This document shows, one piece after another, positions 27,101 to 40,000 of a stretch of DNA of 64,000 bases. Source of the DNA: Phoronis australis. Taxonomy: Eukaryota; Animalia; Phoronida. The translations under genes and the position numbers were made by a program. The first letter of the stretch is position 1. The number at the start of each line of letters is the position of its first letter. Under the pieces are notes generated by a model. The model made no database searches, had not been told where the DNA came from, and saw only the letters and a list, made by a program, of their open reading frames with translations. Location: contig NMRA01000561.1 of assembly GCA_002633005.1 (NCBI GenBank), positions 181,860 to 245,859 of the forward strand, in the 5' to 3' direction.

Positions 27101-30100
27101 ATGGCGACTACCATAGATATCAGGCTGAAGAAAGTGAATAAAACTTACAAGGAAGGCGTGAGTTTTTCGTTATCTCTGCAATCTAACATTGTTGCACGAA
27201 TCAAAGGAGCATGCCACATAAAATACGTGGTTTTCAATGTTACTGATAATCTGTTACACTTTTCAACTGATCATTAATCAACACTTGTGTTTGAGACTGA
27301 CACCTCTCAGTCACACTGACTGGTCTCGTGTCTACTTCCTAGTTTACCTTTTCAGTTTTCCATTTGATGACTTCATTTTTAGGAGGTATAGTTTGGAACC
27401 ACCAATTTCTAAGAGGGGAAGATTTACAAGTTAAGATCCAGCAGACATGTTTACAAGTAAATTACTAAGAGACTACATCTGAGTTGGAGAAACGAAAGTT
27501 GAAAAATACATTTTTGGTGGAAGCTCCATAAGATGTATATAATCAAAACTCTTTTACACACTGAAAATATTGATGACAGAATATTTGGTATCAAAGTTTA
27601 CAACTTGACCATGCATCAAGTATAAATAGAATTGAGTTTGGTTGAAAGTAAAACATTCAACAGTTTTGGAAAAAACCGTGTTTATAACAATATTATCTAT
27701 TTCATTTTTCGAAACATTTTGTACCATCAAGTGGTTTTGTTTACTATATGAACATTGCAGTTTTTAATGACATGTAATATTGTCATGGTGTTATTTCCCT
27801 CATTTTTCACTTTGGCCTTGCCTTTGGGCATAGACAGTGGCCACGGTCTCTACTGGCACTGCCAGCAGAGATGGTGGAGCTCCTATAGGCACTTCATATG
27901 CCGGAAGCTTTTCAGCAAATTATGCCTGGCATTGATTAAATCATCAAAGTCACATTGTTATAAATACGTTTTACGCATATAAAGACACCTTAGGCTAAGC
28001 CATCCTTCCAGCTCGAACAAATACTTCCGTGATCAAACTTTTTCTTCAAGCAGTCCCTCGTTCAGTTCCCCAAATTGGTAACTCGCCATTTTAACACTGT
28101 GCGCAGCAGGTGGTGTGCACAGTGTGAAAATGGCGAGTTACCGATTTTGGGAACTGAAAAAGTTTAATAACAGGAGTATCTGTTTGAGTTGGAAGGAATT
28201 ATATTACATCGACGGCCTCCAAAGGTTCTCACTGTGAACTTTGATGTTTTAATCATAGTGCGAGGTATAATTCGTTGAAAAGCTTCCGGAGTATGAAGCG
28301 CCTATATGAGCTCCACTGTCTCTACTGACAGTGCCAGTAGAGATGGTGGTCACTGTCTAAGGCTGGCAAAGCCAAAGGCAAAGCTGTTTATTAGTTGTAC
28401 ATTACCATCCGCATCCATTTAAACAAGGAGTAGAGACTGGTTATAACTGTTGAATATTTTACTTTCAACCAAACTCAATTCTATTTATACTTGATGCATG
28501 GTCAAGTTGTAAACTTTGATACCAAATATTCTGTCATCAATATTTTCAGTGTGTAAAAGAGTTTTGATTATATACATCTTATGGAGCTTACACCAATAAT
28601 GTATTTTTCAACTTTCGTTTCTCCAACTCAGATGTAGTCTCTTAGTAATTTACTAGTAAACATGTCTGCTGGATCTTAACTTATAAATCTTCCCCTCTTA
28701 GAAATTAGTGGATTCAATGGTGTGCATGGACAATTATATATTTTAAATGTTGAATAAACATTATTTATACAGATGTGTTGCATTCGTTATTGCAGGAAGT
28801 TGTGGCTGGAGTTGTTGTTGTTGATAGTAAAGGGGAGTGTTCTCATCAGGGCATTACTCTAACTGTAGATGGCGCTGTAGGTCTCCAGCTTAGCGCTAAG
28901 AGTGTTGGTGTGTTTGAAGCTTTTTATAACTCATTGAAGGTGAGCTGTTTGTGTTGTTGTACATAGTCATGATAGTATTGCATTAAAGTTGGACCTCTTA
29001 TCTTAGGTTGAGAAAATATCTAAGCTCAGAGGTTTTTTGTCATAGAGAATTCAAACTGTTTGAAATTCATATTCATCGGATTATGAATCAGTTAAAGGCG
29101 AAGGCAACCTTTTTCCATGTCATTTTGAGCTAAAATAAGGTGGGTTGGTTATCCTAGACATATTTTCCACTTAATTACAGCTTTTCGTAACTTTATTAAT
29201 TACTCGTCTGCTACTCCGGAAGTGACGTTTTAGGAGGCAAGCGTTTCCCGCCACTTGGTTTTGCGTTGAATTTACCGTGCGAATCTGTTCTATTCTACTT
29301 TTGTTTTGTGCTGTTTTTCAATAATTGTCGCCACCACTTTCCATCGGCGAGTATTCTGCGGCAAGATAGGTTAGTAGAGAACTCAACTACGTTGGATTTA
29401 GGGATTGTTTAGTGTGTTGTAAGCTGAAAATGGCTGGAGTCGGTGACCCGTATCACAGTGACAGTAGTGTGAGTGACGGAGACCTTGTTCACAGCAGTGG
29501 TGACGAGGAATTTTTTCACGGACATTCAGTGGGTGGGTACATGTTTGAGCCCGAGTATAACGAGGCAGAGTACGCACAGGCACAGGCAGCTGTTGAGAGA
29601 AACGAGGCGGCTACTGAGGACAGACGTGGTGACACATCTTGGTGCAAATGCACTGTGTGCGTTGTTATGCCTACCTCAATGGAATGCTTGTGCTGTTCAG
29701 AGTTCGACGAGGCCAAGCCACTACTGGACATGGTTAAGTGGACCTCCGGCACACCACGGACAGAGGAACAACTGTCCCACTTTCCAGAGTGTCCCGCGAC
29801 ACACTCCCACTGGATGGTGACCTGAGCACCCAAACTGCTTACATCGTGTCGTGTGACTCCCTCGCCACACACCTGGCACCTTCTAAATAGACAAGTCCAT
29901 AATAAACTTATCAAAGTTTGGCTCACCGATCTGTTCACTGAACGACAAACTGTCCTCTTCACTGGAGGTCAAACTGGGCGTGTAATCACTCCCACTACTC
30001 AATATCACTGTAGGGCTGCTTAGAGGCTCTGGGCTGGAGAAAACAGCACAGGGCGAATCACTACTGGTTCCAGGAATTGCACGCTCTGGGGTACGTTCGG

Positions 30101-33100
30101 AGGCACGGGTGACAGTAGATGAAGTGCCTCCACTGGCTCCAGTCACTGTACTGGCCACAGCTCGCGAGGCTTCTCGCTTCAAAATCGCACTTCTCGGGGG
30201 TGGCGACGGGGCACTGCCGGGAATCTACACAGACGGAATGGCATCCTTCTTAAGGCGTTGTTTCGCAGGGACCTTCATCAGTTCAGCGTACAAATCCCTT
30301 TCGTAACAGGAGGGCAGAAAGTGCTTGCCACACACACGGTAATTCTCCACTGCATTGTACGTTGCGTGGACGGGTAACGCTGCGTTCTTCCCACGAACGA
30401 GCCAAGTAGGGCGAAGTGTGCCATCCCTCATAAAGCGATGCAAACGTACTCCCAAAGCGCGCATGAGCCGATAATTAGTACATTCCGGTACGCAGCAACA
30501 GTGTGGCATGTTGACTGACTAGTAAATGAAAGCAAAGGATGACAGAACTTAACACAACTGAGGTAGAACATTGACTGACTCTGCAGCTCTCACAGTCAGA
30601 CTATATGAAAAGAAATTGGCGCGAAATGCTTGCCTCCTAAAACGTCACTTCCGCACTAGCGGACGAGTAATTAATAAAATTACGAAAAGCTGTAATTAAG
30701 TGGAAAATATGTCTAGGATAACCGAAAAACCTTATTTTAGCTCAAAATGACATGGAAAAAGGTTGCCTTCGCCTTTAATGTGACACATTAATGGAGTTTA
30801 CACTGACATTTCTCTACTAATTGAACAACTTTGTGAGAAGGGTCCTTTAGGTTTTAGAACCTCTTGCGTTTGTATTGACTTACCTTGTTTGTATTAACTT
30901 ACCTTGTTTGTATTGACTTACCTTGTTTGTATTGACTTACTTTGTTTGTATTGACTTACCTTGTTTGTATTAACTTACCTTGTTAGTATTGACTTACTTT
31001 GTTTGTATTGACTTACCTTGTTTGTATTGACTTACTTTGTTTGTATTGACTTACCTTGTTTGTATTGACTTACCTTGTTTGTATTGACTTACCTTGTTTG
31101 TATTGACTTACCGTGTTTGCATTGACTTATCGTGTTTGTATTGACTTACCTTCTTTGTATTGAATTACCTTCTTTGTATTGAGTTACCTTATTTATCGAT
31201 TTTGACGGTTTCATTTCAGCCAATTCAACTTCTGACATATAACTTAGAGATCACCAAGCCAGGTAAATTGCCTAATGGAAGAACAGAGTTGCCCTTTGAA
31301 ATCCCAGTCAAAGCCAAATCAAACAAACCGCTGTATGAAACGTACCATGGCGTGTTTGTTAATATACAGGTAAAGAATCTTTATTTTTTTCTGTATTAGG
31401 TATTGGAAAGTTTTTGTTTTATGCCAGATTAAATGTCAATATACTAGAGATCTTAAGTTAAAGGCATACAATTGGTTTTCGGCCCAAAATTGCATTTTCA
31501 GAATAATTGTTGGGTAGGATTGACTTCTTGGAGTTATTTCTTGTAACCAAAGCTAAAATATCATCAAAATCCGTTGTGTTTTTGTTGTTGTTTTAGATAT
31601 TAGCTTCCAACTATTGGGTAAAGTCAAATTAAATTAATGCTAGTTACCTGAACAGTACAATGTGTTTAAAACTACTACTTCAACATTGACTCTTAACTCT
31701 ACATCATTGTTGTTGTTAATATCACTTAATACATTTAATTTTCTTATCATGTTGATTGTTCACTGAGTGGTCACCTTGTACCAATGACATGACCAACTGC
31801 ACATTTGGCAGAACGTTCCAGATTCCAGTCCTGAGTGAAACAAATAGTTTCAGTCTGTTCACATATTTCGTGACATTGGCGTTTCTTTTTCTTATTAGAT
31901 AAACTATAAATGGCCCGTTAATAGAATTTAATTATACTGTAAAATAATGTAATTACGTAGTTATGATGTAAATATAGTTATAATATAATTATAATTTAAA
32001 CGTAATTGTAATTATATAAAGTACAATTAATTGAATGTTGCCTAGTGGTTGTCGTGTGCCTTCTTTCTGCATGTTAGATCTGAGTTGGACCAGAAATAAT
32101 TTTCACTTTATCTGGGAGTACAGAGGATGCTCAGTATTCAAAATAAATGTCGACAAAACCTGTTGTTAGTCAGATAATTTGTAACATTATATTAAAGTAG
32201 CTCTGAAGATATTTGTTGTGTTTTAGTTCAGTCTATGTTTTGTGTGAGAAAGTGTCACTGACTTTTTGGTGTTATATCTTTAGTACATGATCAAAGTGGA
32301 AATGAAGCGATCACTGCTCAACAAAGACCTTGTGAAACAGACAGAGTTTATAGTGGAGAACAGGCCGGATAAACAGAAGCTGGATGTTCGTCAAGTGCCT
32401 TTCACCATCACTCCCGAGACATTGCAGAGTGTGAAGGAGGTACATAAGCTGACTGGGTGTTGAAAACTTTCAAGCTGGCTTTATTAACCAATATGTTTTC
32501 TGGGAGATTGAGTCTGCACAACTCCAAGCTTTTATGCAATTTTCTGTTTAGAGTATTAGGTAGCTGGATGGTTGTTGAGCTACTGTGATTTCTCATAGAA
32601 TGCCCACTGATGTGTCATATTGGCTTACATGTGATTATTTTGTATGGAACCAAACGGATTAGAAATAATGTAACTGAATTGTGACAGTATGAATGTTAAG
32701 TGCCATGTAAGTTGCTGAATAATTTAAAGAACAATTTCTGGTCTATGTCCAGTAAGCTCAGTGTTGTATTGCCATTGAAAAACACTGCACATTTTGGGCT
32801 ATATGTTCCTTCCTGCATAATACGCCAATCCTGCAAAGATGACCTGTTTGCAAAAAAATGTTGATTTGTTTTCTTAAAATTTGTGTAGTTCATGCCATAT
32901 GTTAGCATAGTTATTAGCATGCAAGTACAACTGTTGTATCTTCCAAGCCAGGTTTGGATCTTTTCTGTAAACTTCAATCCCCAGTAAAGGAGGTCTACTA
33001 CCCAGACTCATGTTCGACAGTTGAGCATAGCACAAGGGCATGTCTCTGTTTGCTCTGATTTTGGTCTTAATGGACGATGGATGCAATGGAGTGGTAAGAA

Positions 33101-35517
33101 TCGTGTGTACAAAACAAACTTAGGTGGCTTATGTATGCGAAAGTTTCTAAGAAAATCTCTGATACTTGCAATGTGATCAACTTTGTTTCTCATTGAAATA
33201 TTCTCTCTACATTTCAGAAGACCAACATTCCTAAGTTTGTGATCAAGGGCAAGCTAGACACATCATGCTGTGTTTTAACCAAGCCTTTTACGGGAGAGGT
33301 ACCATTGATAGTTTTGGTTTTTGGAAATGAATATCCTGAGTAGGATATAGAGGAGGCCATCCTTAACTCTACCTCCACTCCTTAAGATATTGTTCAGCGA
33401 GGAAATTCTGAATTAAGTTTTTAGATTTTTATTTTTGTTTGCTTCTAAGTCGACTCAGACTTTTTACTTTAATAAGCATTCTGTTGCCACTTTTCATTTT
33501 TAAACTAGAAAAGGAAAGATCTTTTTTGTGCTTTGTTTTGAATGGACAGATGCTTTGTTTTAACTTCTTGTCCTTAATGTACACATAACTAATTTAAAAC
33601 AATCTACTAACTATATGAGAATGGTTGACTGAAATTGATGATCTCTCTCTTTCAGCTTGTTGTGGAGAAATCTGAGCAGCCAATCAAGTCAATAGAGTTA
33701 CAACTGGTTAGAGTGGAAACTTGTGGCTGCGCCGAGGGGTTTGCTAAAGATGGTAATAACTATGTGATTTCATTCTTACCTGTGACTTTCATTTGATCAC
33801 TGTCAGCTGAAGAGGTCGTTTTGAATAATGCTCTCTTGAAACATTAAAATTTAAAATTTCAAACTTTTGACTGTCTCGGCAAAGGATTGAACTTGCTAAC
33901 CTTCAGTTGAGAAGCCACCACTGAGAACTGGTCATCAATTGATATAAATGTTTCATAACTTGTGCGAGAAATAGCTTATTGAAGACCGAACTAGTGATTA
34001 ATGAATAATACACATTGTAGAAAATGTTACAATTATTTGCACTTGTTATGCATTGAGAGCATGTGATATTAGCTGGTGAATAGAAAAGAAAATTTTTCAG
34101 TCAAAATCTGGTTTATTTTTCATGCATGTCAGATTCAGCGTCTGTTTGATGTGTATTGTTAAATCCTTGATTACTTTGCCTTTTCTTAAGTGACTGACTG
34201 TATTGCAAAATTGTATGTACTTTCATGGCTGAAGTTCTGTCATGACAGTGTAACTTCATTTACATCTCCTCACCCTGTCCTTCAGTTTCACTGTGTTCTG
34301 TTACATCTCCTCACCTTGTCCTGCAGTTTCACTGTGTTCTGTTACATCTCCTCACCCTGTCCTGCAGTTTCACTGTGTTCTAATACATCACCTCAACCTG
34401 TCCTGCAGTTTCACTGTGTTCTGTTACATCTCCTCACCTTGTCCTGCAGTTTCACTGTGTTCTGTTACATCACCTCAGCCTGTCCTGCAGTTTCAGTGTG
34501 TTCTGTAACATCTCCTCAACCTGTCCTGCAGTTTCACTGTGTTCTGTTACATCTCCTCACCTTGTCCTGCAGTTTCACTGTGTTCTGTTACATCTCCTCA
34601 CCTTGTCCTGCAGTTTCACTGTGTTCTGTTACATCTCCTCTGACAGCCTGTCCTGCAGTTTCACTGTGTTCTGTTACATCTCCTCAGCCTGTCCTGCAGT
34701 TTCACTGTGTTCTGTTACATCACCTCAGCCTGTCCTGCAGTTTCACTGGGTTCTGTTACATCTCCTCAGCTGTCCTGCAGTTTCACTGTGTTCTGTTACA
34801 TCTCCTCACACTGTCCTGCAGTTTCACTGTGTTCTGTTACAGCCACTGAGATCCAGAACATACAGATCGCTGACGGTGATGTCTGCCGTGGTCTACTCAT
34901 CCCCATCCACATGACGTTCCCTCGCCTATTCACCTGCCCCACATTAGCAACTAATAACTTCAAAGTGGGTGAGTATAGTTTGTGCACCTTATATTTGCTG
35001 ACCTGGGTCCAGGCTCTAATCTCCTGAATCAAGACTCAAAAGTTAACCTGTAACGCTGCAAACTAGTTCTAATTTAGTTTTACTTGAAGCATGACATGCA
35101 ATTGGTCAGTTTTTGAGGGAATTTCGAAGTTGAGAGATTAGAGTGTGGGACTAGATGGACTGTAGCATTTGCCTACCTCATTTGTACAATGTACTTAGGA
35201 ATATTATTTCGTAAATAATGTCAAAAGGATTTCGTATCTCATCATGTATTAGGCATTTTCTGCTAGAATACATGTACGTGTGGCCAATACTTTCGTCTCC
35301 AATTTAGTCATCAAATGTTAGAAACTTGATGCAGTTTTCAGTAAATATTCTTAGTACAGTTTGGTAGGACAACATGTCCAATTACTCAATGTTAGTTACT
35401 AAAATTTTAGTATTTTTCTCTGACATGTTTACAGAATTTGAGGTGAACATAGTGACTGTGTTTCAAGACGACCATCTTGTGACAGAGAACTTTCCAATCA
35501 AACTAGTGCGAGGGTAG
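27101..35517 (+). CDS. VPS26C: Vacuolar protein sorting-associated protein 26C (DSCR3; retriever complex), 297 aa, 8 coding exons
   Basis: Exons 27101-27157, 28796-28939, 31220-31369, 32284-32439, 33218-33298, 33656-33752, 34843-34968, 35435-35517 give 894 nt. Motifs: IRLKKVNKTY, LQLSAKSVGVFEAFYNSLKP, LYETYHGVFVNIQY, IKSIELQLVRVETCGCAEG, TEIQNIQIADGDVCRG, FPRLFTCPTL. Confidence 0.97.
27394..28715. repeat. Nested inverted repeats forming a ~1.3-kb imperfect palindrome
   Basis: Outer arms ~27394-27665 / 28445-28715 are nearly identical. Middle arms ~27810-27960 / 28230-28380. Inner arms ~28003-28102 / 28115-28198. Confidence 0.92.
29430..29730 (+). pseudogene. KolX-like / P2X7 C-terminal ballast-like Cys-rich ORF, N-terminal remnant
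   Basis: YMFEPEY...SWCKCTVCVVMPTSMECLCCSE motif; truncated at the element's deletion junction. Confidence 0.75.
29730..30509 (-). pseudogene. Kolobok transposase N-terminal remnant with THAP domain
   Basis: MPHCCCVPEC...LHRF...W...RVCGKHF...RLKKDAIPSV (THAP). In-frame TAG at 30225-30227, a Ser-rich linker, KFIMD, a frameshift, then LFRRCQVCG...WECVAGHSGKWDS. The DDE domain is deleted. Confidence 0.82.
30866..31192. repeat. 19-bp minisatellite (~17 copies) just upstream of the VPS26C acceptor at 31219
   Basis: Unit TGTATTGACTTACCTTGTT. Confidence 0.93.
34258..34842. repeat. 41-bp minisatellite (~14 copies) whose last unit forms the VPS26C acceptor at 34842
   Basis: Unit CCTGTCCTGCAGTTTCACTGTGTTCTGTTACATCTCCTCA(C); the final copy ends TGTTCTGTTACAG|CCACT. 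Confidence 0.93.
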
Positions 35518-37061
35518 TCATTTCGTGGTTTGGACTGAGGATTTGGAGTGTAGTTCCTGAAGTATGTCGACCATGGCTGGAGTGCAGTTTGATGTGTATT
35601 AAGCATTAAAATTATGGTCTTTATGCAATTTGAAAAAACAAATTGGAATTTTTTTTAAGAATTTAGTAGTATTTGCCCTGGATGTTAATCTAAAATCACA
35701 TGTAATTCTATCTCAGATGACATGGCTTCTTCACTATGAAGCCAACAACAGTATAAATAATTATGTGCAAGTTGGAACGCTTATTTTTGCCAATATCGTG
35801 AAAAGTTATCCCCGACTTATATAGGGTCAGGTTACGATTGCGACGCTGACTTACAATGCCCCAGGAGGATTATAGTTTTAAAAGCACCAGAGTGTAATCA
35901 GTGTGTGCATTTGTGGGCACCAGGATGGGGAAACCTTGGTGGACACAGCAGGAATGGTGAGCTCTGCCTGGCAATGTTGGTGATTTTTACACAGCCAGGA
36001 TTGAAGTGAAGTCATGATGACTCTGAAGAAATGCAAACCCACAGTGAGGTGACCATCAATTTATGCTGCAGGGCAAACAGTGGGCAGACTTAACATTTTG
36101 TACAATCGTGTTCCAGCTTGCATTTTTGTCACGTTAACAAAACTATGTGTGTGACGTCAATATACTGGGCTATAATATGTATCATGTAAGAATTGATGAA
36201 TGATGCAACTTGTTTTGATTGTTAAAGAATTATGGTGCTATACGTCAGTTTCCTGCTTGAGATTGTTGAACATATTGAGACTGTATTATGTAAATAAGTG
36301 ATCATGTGTAGCTTACTGTACATCATTTTCATGTTTTGTGATGAATTATGAATGCACAAGATGACTACACTTTTCACTGAGTGAACTGGTTATTGGATCG
36401 TTTTGAAAGCTGTAAGGTACTAGCAACATTTGCAAAAGTGTACAAAACATACATTTCTTGAACCCCCCTCCCAACGACTATACTATACTAAATTGTTCAA
36501 AACATCCATTAGAAAAATGCTCATCTAAGAATCATTTCAATATTCTATGTGGTTAAAAACTTATATAAAAAGAAAAATTGTTTAGTTTTGTCATTATTTC
36601 TACGGCGTAAAAAGTGCCTGCAGGCTGCAAACATGGACCCACTCCCTCCTTGTAATGTTTGTTTTGTTCGATCGTGGTGATAATTGTGAATAGTCTTGAA
36701 GTCACGTTTATGTATCAAGAAGATATTGGCTTCTAGTTCACTTAATGGGGTGAAACACAGAAAAATGGTGTACTGTAGCCATAGTTACTGATTTTCGATA
36801 AAAGTTTATTATTCAACGAAAATGTATAAATATGGGTATAACATGCAAAGAAAATAAAAATGATTACAAAAGTAATCCGTAACTTCATTTTTGCTAAAGA
36901 GTTTAACATCCTTAACAGTAATACAGAGTAGAGCACAGTGAATGAAAATCACTTCCAATAACTATAATACCTTTCATACAACAGTACAGCAGCCAAAATA
37001 CAGAGGCATGGTTTATTATGTTTCTCGACTACCATTGCCTCTAATTGATATTCGTTAAATG

Positions 37062-40000
37062 TCAGTTGTTAAGAACTAAATTCTTCATCGCTTGTTCGGA
37101 GTGTACTGACAGATCATCACATTTTTGTAAATGTTTCTGAAAGAAAAGAAAGTAAGACCTATATTATGAAGTCAAAATATGACATATGCTAGCTCCAGTC
37201 AAAAGATGGCCATTTTTAATTCCTTGATATAAAATGACCTCACCACTCGATAGCTGTTCTCCATACTATGAAAACAAAATTAAATATGCACTATTACGTG
37301 TGTCACAAGATGGTAATAGAGCATTTGGTGGTCAGCGTTTAGCACCACACATAATTCACCCGCCTACATCTAGGATTGAATGCAGTGAGATATCACTGCA
37401 TTATCTTATTAATTGCTTACAACTATTAAATTACCGTGGCAACGCACACCGGGATATTCAAATAATTCCTGCAAAATGTCGAATGCAACAAAATGTAAAT
37501 GAACATTACAATTAAAACAAAAATCGTGTCTTGTCTTTGTGAACTCAGCCTGTCACGCACACCAGAATTTGAACTCCGGTGAAGTGAAAGTTTCCCACGT
37601 GATGTTGCAACACAAAAGAATAAGAGGGTCCTGAACAGAGATCTTCATTGTCCTGGAGGTAGGAAATCCCATTTGACACATTGGTCTCATTTTAGAAATA
37701 CCCAGCTGATTCTGAACGGATGTTGTAGCACTGTGAGTAAATACCGCGAGATTGCAATGTTGCATGATGTTTTATAACTACAGCAAGTGGCTGAGCAGGT
37801 AGAAGGGCTCAAACATCCTGAAACTCCACACTGAATTCTGTGCTAAACAACTGCAGTTAATCAAAATGCCTTTTCCGTGGATCCACTTTTCCGTATATAA
37901 CTTCAAAAGAGACATGACATCCAACCTAATTTTACCACAGTCCAGTGTGGACAAGGTGCACAGCCAGGTGGAATTAGTATAGTTTGGTAGCAGCCCTTCG
38001 TTAACAAAAACTTCGTTGAAAACGCGACTAAACCTTTTGTTTGAAAGCTTAATACTGAGTTGTATCAAGCTTTCTAACAAAAAGTTTAGTTGTGTGTTCA
38101 GCGAACAAGGTGGAACTGATAACATTTCATGAACAGTCTCCATAGTCATGGCAATAATGAACATATTAAACTAATATTCTATTATTTCTTGCCATGCTTA
38201 TGTCTGCTTCAGGCACACTGTTAACACAGCCAAACCCCATGATAGTCCTTCAGAGTACTATGGATAGAACTTTTGGAAGGAGAACCACGGAATTTAAGAC
38301 GGACCTACACAAACTTCGACCCCCCATCAGTGCATTATCCCTTTTAGTACCTGAATCTTATCCACCATTTTTTTCCTCTCCGCCCTAGCCTTAGTATTGC
38401 CTTCCCCGACATTCAGACCATCTAGTCGTTCCAACAACTTCATGTTTCCTTCCGCCAGTCCAGATAGCTGTGTTGACAACATCTTGCCTAGGTCAGTGGC
38501 TGTGCCTTTTGGAATGAAACCCTGAAATATGTGTGCGAGCAGTGAAAGTAAGTGGACTCATAACAGCAGCAATGAGATACATGAGATACATGTTTGACAC
38601 TCGTGCGAATCTTTCTTAATGGTATTACGTAGTAAACAACCTTGTATCAACAAGTTTGTAGACAGGGATTATGTTCAACTCTTTTAAGGTACTATTCAAA
38701 CCAGTCACAGGGTAATATTCCACTACATGGCGCCCTGGCCGTAGTGGTACTGGCAGGCCGCCAGGGATTGCGAGAGCAAGGTGAGTTCGGTGAAAACTTT
38801 TTGAAAATTTGGACTCCCAGTTCTGGAATCCTGACTGTATAAACCCCTGCAGGATATTTGGAAAAAATGCAGGTGGTATCACAGCATTCCAAGATCGCAG
38901 TGCCATGATGCATTTGCTGTAGGGACAGAATCCATTACAGGATACTTGCAAAACTTTCCAGTTTCAATTCAAAACCAATCCATGGTAAAAAGAAGAGTTC
39001 AGCAATTACTTTAAGCAATCAAACTAGACTTCATTTTTTTTACCAAACTTAGCATTGTTTTTAACACTCAGTAGCCTTTGAGAAATGAAATGAATGGAAG
39101 TGTTCACAAGTTGGAAGGCGTAGTCAGTCTTATGATTTTCCAGATGTTCCATGTGGCAACAGATATAAGGATCTGTCACGAAAAGGAAAAGTGCACAATT
39201 TTATCTGCCTGGATAACGGGACGAGTTTGTGCTAAGAAGAGGAGGAAATGCTGTAACACGATACTGTCACGAAAACCATGAAATAGTCATGATACATAAC
39301 TTAATATTTTGATTTGATAGTATTATTGATATAATTACTTTGCTAACAGATTCTTGATGTTTGTAGTTAGGGCTGTTCCAGCAAAATCTGTGTGGGAGGG
39401 GGGGGGAAGGCAACTGAAATAAAAATTTATGGGTGGTTGCGTTTGACTTAAATTCAAAATGGCTGGTGGTCGTACTTCAAAAAAATTAAAATTTACAGGT
39501 AATTGTTGTTTCATTGGGCCATAAATGTTTGATGGTGGGTAATTTTAGTAAATTTTATAAACAATCCGCACAGAATCAAAAACTGAAACAAAAATGCAAC
39601 TTGCAAAGAGCGCCGACTTTTTCATTCCCTCCGATCTCCTCATCGGCATGCCCATAACACCATTTAACCACAGGTGCTCGAATTTCTCGATGGCTAATAA
39701 CCATATATAAGAAACATATGTTTTCTTAGTAATGAATGACGTTAGTGGTGATGGAGGAACAGATAAACTCAANNNNNNNNNNNNNNNNNNNNNNNNNNNN
39801 NNNNNNNNNNNNNNNNNNNNNNNNNNNNNNNNNNNNNNNNNNNNNNNNNNNNNNNNNNNNNNNNNNNNNNNNNNNNNNNNNNNNNNNNNNNNNNNNNNNN
39901 NNNNNNNNNNNNNNNNNNNNNNNNNNNNNNNNNNNNNNNNNNNNNNNNNNNNNNNNNNNNNNNNNNNNNNNNNNNNNNNNNNNNNNNNNNNNNNNNNNNN

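Larger units (their letters stand above)
29096..30774. mobile_element. Internally deleted Kolobok DNA transposon
   Basis: TTAA TSD (29092-29095, 30775-30778), AG...CT termini, ~160-bp TIRs (AGGCGAAGGCAACCTTTTTCCATGTCATTTTGAGCTAAAATAAGG...). Convergent THAP-transposase and KolX-like remnants inside. Confidence 0.9.

Noticed and set aside
34190-34914. Long Cys/His-rich ORFs in three frames
   Set aside because: Product of a stop-free 41-bp intronic repeat. The true exon starts at 34843.
38625-38951. 108-aa minus-strand ORF in a BAG1 intron
   Set aside because: No fitting splice sites are needed for BAG1. It has only a weak resemblance to a decayed LINE RT tail, too faint to call.
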